Source of the DNA: the human T2T-CHM13v2.0 reference genome, Homo sapiens
DNA length: 64,000 bases
Reading direction: 5' to 3' (one strand)
Assembly (NCBI RefSeq): GCF_009914755.1
Contig: NC_060948.1
Part shown: positions 58,902 to 64,000 of the stretch, piece after piece
Layout: the number at the start of each line of letters is the position of its first letter
How positions within the stretch are numbered: the stretch's first letter is position 1
Translations under genes and position numbers: made by a program
The notes under the pieces: generated by a model
What the model saw: only the letters and a program-made list of their open reading frames with translations
Database searches by the model: none
Told to the model about the DNA's origin: nothing

Positions 58902-61900
58902 GGCCTGGAATAAAGTGGAATGATACGGTCTCGAATGGAATAAAAATGTATGGAATGGAATGCAATGAAACGGAATCGAATGTCATAGAATGTAATGGAA
59001 TGCAAAAAAATGGAATCCAAAATCATTGACAGGAAAGGATGGGTGTCGAAAGGAATTGACTCCAATGGAATGGAATCGAATGGAATGGAAGTGAATAGAA
59101 TCGAACTAAATCGAATGGAATGGAATTGATAGGAACGGAATGGAAAGGAATGCAATGATTTGGCATGGAATGGAATCGAATGGCATCGAATGGAATGGAA
59201 TGGAATGCAATGGAATGGAATGTATTAGAATGTAATGAACTTTAATGGAATGTACTCGAATGGATTCGACTGGAATGGAATGTTCTGGAAGTAAATGGAC
59301 TCCAATGGAATGGATTCAAAAGGAATGGAATAGTACGGAATGGAATCTAATGGAATGGAATTAAATGGAAATGAATCAAATTGAATAGCACGGAATTGAA
59401 TTGAATGGAATGGAATGCAATGGAATCTAATGAAACGGAAAGGAAAGGAATGGAATGGAATGGAATGGGCTGGAATGGAAAGGAATCGAAACGAATTGAA
59501 TGGAATCGAACTGAAGAGACTGGAATGGAATGCACTGGAATGGAAGGGGGTGTAATGGAAGGTTCTCGAAAAAAATGGAATCGAATGGAATGCAATTGAA
59601 TGGAACGGAATAGAGTCGAATGCAATTGAATGGAATGGAATGGACAAGAGTGAAATGGAATCGAACCACAAGGAATGGACAGGAATAGAATGGTCTCGAA
59701 TTGAATGGAATCGTATGGAATGGCATCAAACGGAATGGAATGGACAGCCACGGAATGGAATGCACTCGAATGCAATGGAGTCGAAACTAATGGACTGGAA
59801 TAGAATGGACTCGACTGGTACGGACTCCAATGGAATGGAATCGAATGGAAGGGAATCGAACGGAATGGACTCGAAGGGAAAAGACTGCAATGGAAAGGTC
59901 TCGAATGGAATGGAAATTAATGGAATGGAATGGAATCGAATGAAATGGAGGCAAAAGGAATGGAATCGAATGGCAAGAAATCGAATGTAATGGAATCGCA
60001 AGGAATTGATGTGAATGGAACGGAATGGAATGGAATCCAAAGGAATGGAATAGAATGGAATGGAATCGAATGCAAAGGACTCGAATGGAAATCACTCGAA
60101 TAGAATGCAATTTAATAAAATAGGATCAAATGTAATGGAATGGAATGGAAAGGAATCGAAACGAAAGGAATGGAGACAGATGGAATGGAATGGAACAGAG
60201 AAAAATGGTATAGAATGGAATGGAATCATCTAGAATGTAATTGAATGGAATGGAATAATATGAAATGGAATGGAATGGAATGGAATGCCCTTGAATTAAA
60301 TGGACTGGAATGGAATGGACTCGAACAGAGTGGAATGGAAAGTGTTGAGATAGAATGGAATGGACTCCTTTGGAATGGTGTAGTATGCAATGCAATCGAC
60401 TGGCAGGGAATCAAAAGGAATGTAATCGAATGGATTGGACTGGAATGCAATGGACTCGAATAGATTGGAAACGGAATGCAAAGGAATGGAATGGAATAGT
60501 ATGGAATGGAATGGAAAGGAATGGAGTGGAATAGACTAGAGTGGAATGGAATGGACTCGAAAGCAATGGACTGGAATGGAACTTTCTTGAATGGACTGGA
60601 ACCAAACGGAATGGAATGCAATGCAATCAAATGGCATGGAATAAGATAGAATTAAAGAGAATCAAATGGAATTGAATCGAATGGAATCGAATGGATTGGA
60701 AAGGAATAGAATGGAATGGAATGGAATTGACTCAAATGGAATGGACTAGAATGGAATGGATTCGAATGGAAGGCAAAGGAATGGAATCTATTGGAATGGA
60801 CTGTAATGGAATGGAATTTAAGGGATTGGAATGGACTCGAATGGAATGGACTGCAATAGAAAGGATTCGAATGGAATGAAAAAGAATTGAATGGAATAGA
60901 ACAGAATGGAATCAAATCGAATGAAATGGAATGGAATAGAAAGGAATGGAATGAAATGGAATGGAAAGGATTCGAATGGAATGCAATCGAATGGAATGGA
61001 ATCGAACGGAATGGAATAAAATGGAAGAAAACTGGCAAGAAATGGAATCGAAATGAATGGAGTGTTATGGAATGGACTCAAAAGGAATTGAATGTAATAG
61101 AATGGAGTGGAGTGGACTCGAATATAATGGACTGGAATGGAATGAAATCACATGAAAGGGAACAAATGGAATGGAATGGAAAGGAATGGAATTGAATGGA
61201 AAGGAATCGAACGGAAGGGAATGAAATTGAATCAACAGGAATGGAAGGGAATAGAATAGACGGTAATGCAATGGACTCGAATAGAATGGACACGAATGCT
61301 CAAATTGAATGGACTCGAATGAAATGGATACGAAAGGAATGTCATCGAATGGAATTGAATCGATTGGAATGAAATCGCATAGAATGGAGTGGAATCAAAT
61401 GGAATTGAATCGAAAGGAAAGGAAGCGAATGGACTGAAATGAAATGGAATGGAATTGAATGGAAAGTAATGCAATGGAATAGAATGGAACGAAATTTCAC
61501 GGTATGGAATCAAACTGAATGGAATCAAATCAATGGAATCAAATCAAATGGAATGGAAAGGAATTGAATGGAGTAGATGGGATTGGATGGGATTGGAATG
61601 AAATGTACTGGAAAGGACTCGAATTTCATGAAACGGAATGGAATGAATTGGAACGGAATGGACACGAATGGAATGGAATGTCATGGAATGGCATCAAATG
61701 GAATGGCATCAAATGGAATGGAATCGAATGCAATGGAATGCTATGGAATGGAATGGAATGCATTGGAATGGAATGTCCTCTAATGGAATGGATTCGAGTG
61801 GAATGGAATCGAATATAATGGAATCGAATTAAATGGAATTGAAAGGAATGGGACCGAATACAATGGAATATACTGGAATGTAATGTAATGAACTCGAATG

Positions 61901-64000
61901 TAATTGACTGGAATGGAATGTACATGAATGGAATGTAATCGAATGGAAAGTAATCCAATGGAATAGAATCTAATGCAATAAAATCGACACAAATAGAGTA
62001 GAATGTAATGGAATGGAGTGCAGTGCAATGGAATGGAATGGAATGGAATGCAATGGAATGGAATGGAATGGAATGGAATGGGATGGAATGGGATGGAATG
62101 GATAGTAATGGACTGGAGTGAAATGGACTGGAAAGGAATGGACTCAAATGGAAAGGGCTCGAAGGGAATGGAGACTAATGGAATGGTCTGGAATGGAATG
62201 AACACGAATTTAATGCAATCCAATAGAATGGAGTCGAATGGCATGGAATATAAAGAAATGGAATCGAAGAGAATGGAAACAAATGGAATGGAATTGAATG
62301 GAATGGAATTGAATGGAATGGGAACGAATGGAGTGAAATTGTATGCAGTAGAAGAGAATAGAATGGAATGCAAGCGAAAGGAAAGGAATGGATTGGAATG
62401 GAATGGAATTCATTGGAATGGAAGGGAATGTAGTGTAATGGACAGGCCTGGAATAAAGTGGAATGCTACGGTCTCGAATGGAATAAAAATGTATGGAATG
62501 GAATGCAATGAAACGGAATCGAATGTCATAGAATGTAATGGAATGCAAAAAAATGGAATCCAAAATCATTGACTGGAAAGGCTGGGTGTCGAAAGGAATT
62601 GACTCCAACGGAATGGAATCGAATGGAATGGAAGTGAATAGAATCGAACTAAATCGAATGGAATGGAATTGATAGGAACGGAATGGAAAGGAATGCAATG
62701 ATTTGGCATGGAATGGAATCGAATGGCATCGAATGGAATGGAATGGAAAAAAATGGAATGGAATGTATTAGAATGTAATGAACTTTAATGGAATGTACTC
62801 GAATGGATTCGACTGGAATGGAATGTTCTGGAAGTGAATGGACTCCAATGGAATGGATTCAAAAGGAATGGAATCGTACGGAATGTAATCTAATGGAATG
62901 GAATTAAATGGAAATGAATCAAATTGAATAGCACGGAATTGAATTGAATGGAATCGAATGCAATGGAATCTAATGAAACGGAAAGGAAAGGAATGCAATG
63001 GAATGGAATGGGATGGAATGCAAAGGAATCGAAACGAATGGAATGGAATCGAACTGAAGAGACTGGAATGGAATGCACTGGAATGGAAGGGAGTGTAATG
63101 GAAGGTTCTCGAAAAAAATGGAATCGAATGGAATGGAATTGAATGGAACGGAATAGAGTCGAATGGAAATGAATGGAATGGAATGGACTAGAGTGAAATG
63201 GAATCGAACCACAAGGAATGGACAGGAATAGAATGGTCTCGAATTGAATGGAATCGTATGGAATGGCATCAAACGGAATGGAATGGACAGCCACGGAATG
63301 GAATGCACTCGAATGCAACGGAGTCGAAACTAATGGACTGGAATAGAATGGACTCGACTGGTACGGACTCCAATGGAATGGAATCGAATGGAAGGGAATC
63401 GAACGGAATGGACTCGAAGGGAAAAGACTGCAATGGAAAGGTCTCGAATGGAATGGAAATTAATGGAATGGAATGGAATCGAATGAAATGGAGTCAAAAG
63501 GAATGGAATTGAATGGCAAGAAATCGAATGTAATGGAATCGCAAGGAATTGATGTGAACGGAACGGAATGGAATGGAATCCAAAGGAATGGAATAGAATG
63601 GAATGGAATCGAATGGAAAGGACTCGAATGGAAATCACTCGAATAGAATGCAATTTAATAAAATAGGGTAAATGTAATGGAAAGGAATCGAAACGAAAGG
63701 AATGGAGACAGATGGAATGGAATGGGACAGAGAGCAATGGTATAGAATGGAATGGAATCATCTGGAATGGAATTGAATGGAATGGAATAATATGAAATGG
63801 AATGGAATGGAATGGAATGGAATGGAATGGAATGCCCTTGAATTAAATGGACTGGATTCGAACAGAGTGGAATGGAAAGTGTTGAGATAGAATGGAATGG
63901 ACTCCTTTGGAATGGTCTAGTATGCAATGCAATCGACTGGCAGGGAATCAAAAGGAATGTAATGGAATGGATTGGACTGGAATGCAATGGACTCGAATAG

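Larger units (their letters stand above)
2500..62448 (+). repeat. 17 consecutive HaeIII-to-HaeIII monomers (~3.55 kb repeat unit)
   Basis: GGCC within ACAGGCCTGG read at 2500, 6028, 9607, 13166, 16714, 20253, 23806, 27369, 30926, 34494, 38058, 41597, 45161, 48725, 52264, 55788, 58902, 62445. Spacings: 3528, 3579, 3559, 3548, 3539, 3553, 3563, 3557, 3568, 3564, 3539, 3564, 3564, 3539, 3524, 3114, 3543. The ORF track repeats with the same period. Confidence 0.95.
1..64000 (+). repeat. DYZ1: Human satellite III (HSat3) tandem array, most likely DYZ1/HSat3A6 of Yq12 heterochromatin; (GGAAT)n strand on +
   Basis: Seen: continuous GGAAT-derived pentamers (GGAAT, CGAAT, GGACT, GCAAT, TGAAT, GGAAA) throughout, with no unique sequence or strand switch and a ~3.55 kb period. 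Known: DYZ1 is a ~3564-bp pentamer-based HaeIII/EcoRI repeat. Family call is high confidence; the Y assignment rests on period and restriction pattern. Confidence 0.93.

Noticed and set aside
116-63987. Hundreds of ORFs up to ~316 aa (MEWNG-type on +, HSIPF-type on -)
   Set aside because: Pure (GGAAT)n has no stop codon in any of six frames and supplies an ATG every 5 bp. The ORFs overlap in all frames, repeat with the monomer and are freely frameshifted by 1-, 5- and 10-bp indels, so there is no sign of coding constraint.
1-64000. CRISPR-like or repeat-spacer array, or a prokaryotic defence system
   Set aside because: There are no unique spacers, leader or associated genes; the repeats are contiguous degenerate pentamers.
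1-64000. HSat2, alpha satellite or telomeric repeat
   Set aside because: The dominant HSat2 ATCATCGAATGG periodic motif is absent, as are a 171-bp monomer and TTAGGG tracts.
1-64000. Inserted Alu/L1/LTR, DYZ2 unit or inversion
   Set aside because: No departure from the pentamer lattice longer than a few tens of bases, no long poly-A or target-site duplication, and no ATTCC-oriented segment was seen.

Overview
The whole 64 kb window is one uninterrupted, single-orientation satellite array of diverged (GGAAT)n/(ATTCC)n pentamers, organised into about 18 head-to-tail monomers of ~3.55 kb. Each monomer has one HaeIII/StuI site (ACAGGCCTGG). Site-to-site spacings are 3524-3579 bp, three are exactly 3564 bp, and one deleted monomer is 3114 bp. 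This matches human satellite III DYZ1 (HSat3A6, the Yq12 3.4-3.6 kb HaeIII/EcoRI repeat); the assignment is from pattern recognition, not an alignment. There are no credible genes, RNA genes, transposons or CRISPR arrays, and all listed ORFs are artefacts of a stop-poor pentamer. I found no new gene system. The points of interest are internal: (i) three in-phase GAA->TTC pentamers per monomer that form perfect heat-shock elements, two nearly invariant and one polymorphic; (ii) nested 1-, 2-, 3- and 6-monomer duplications readable from shared variants; (iii) a 440-bp in-phase deletion with clustered substitutions; (iv) a hypervariable pure (GGAAT)n tract; (v) rising divergence beyond ~47 kb.
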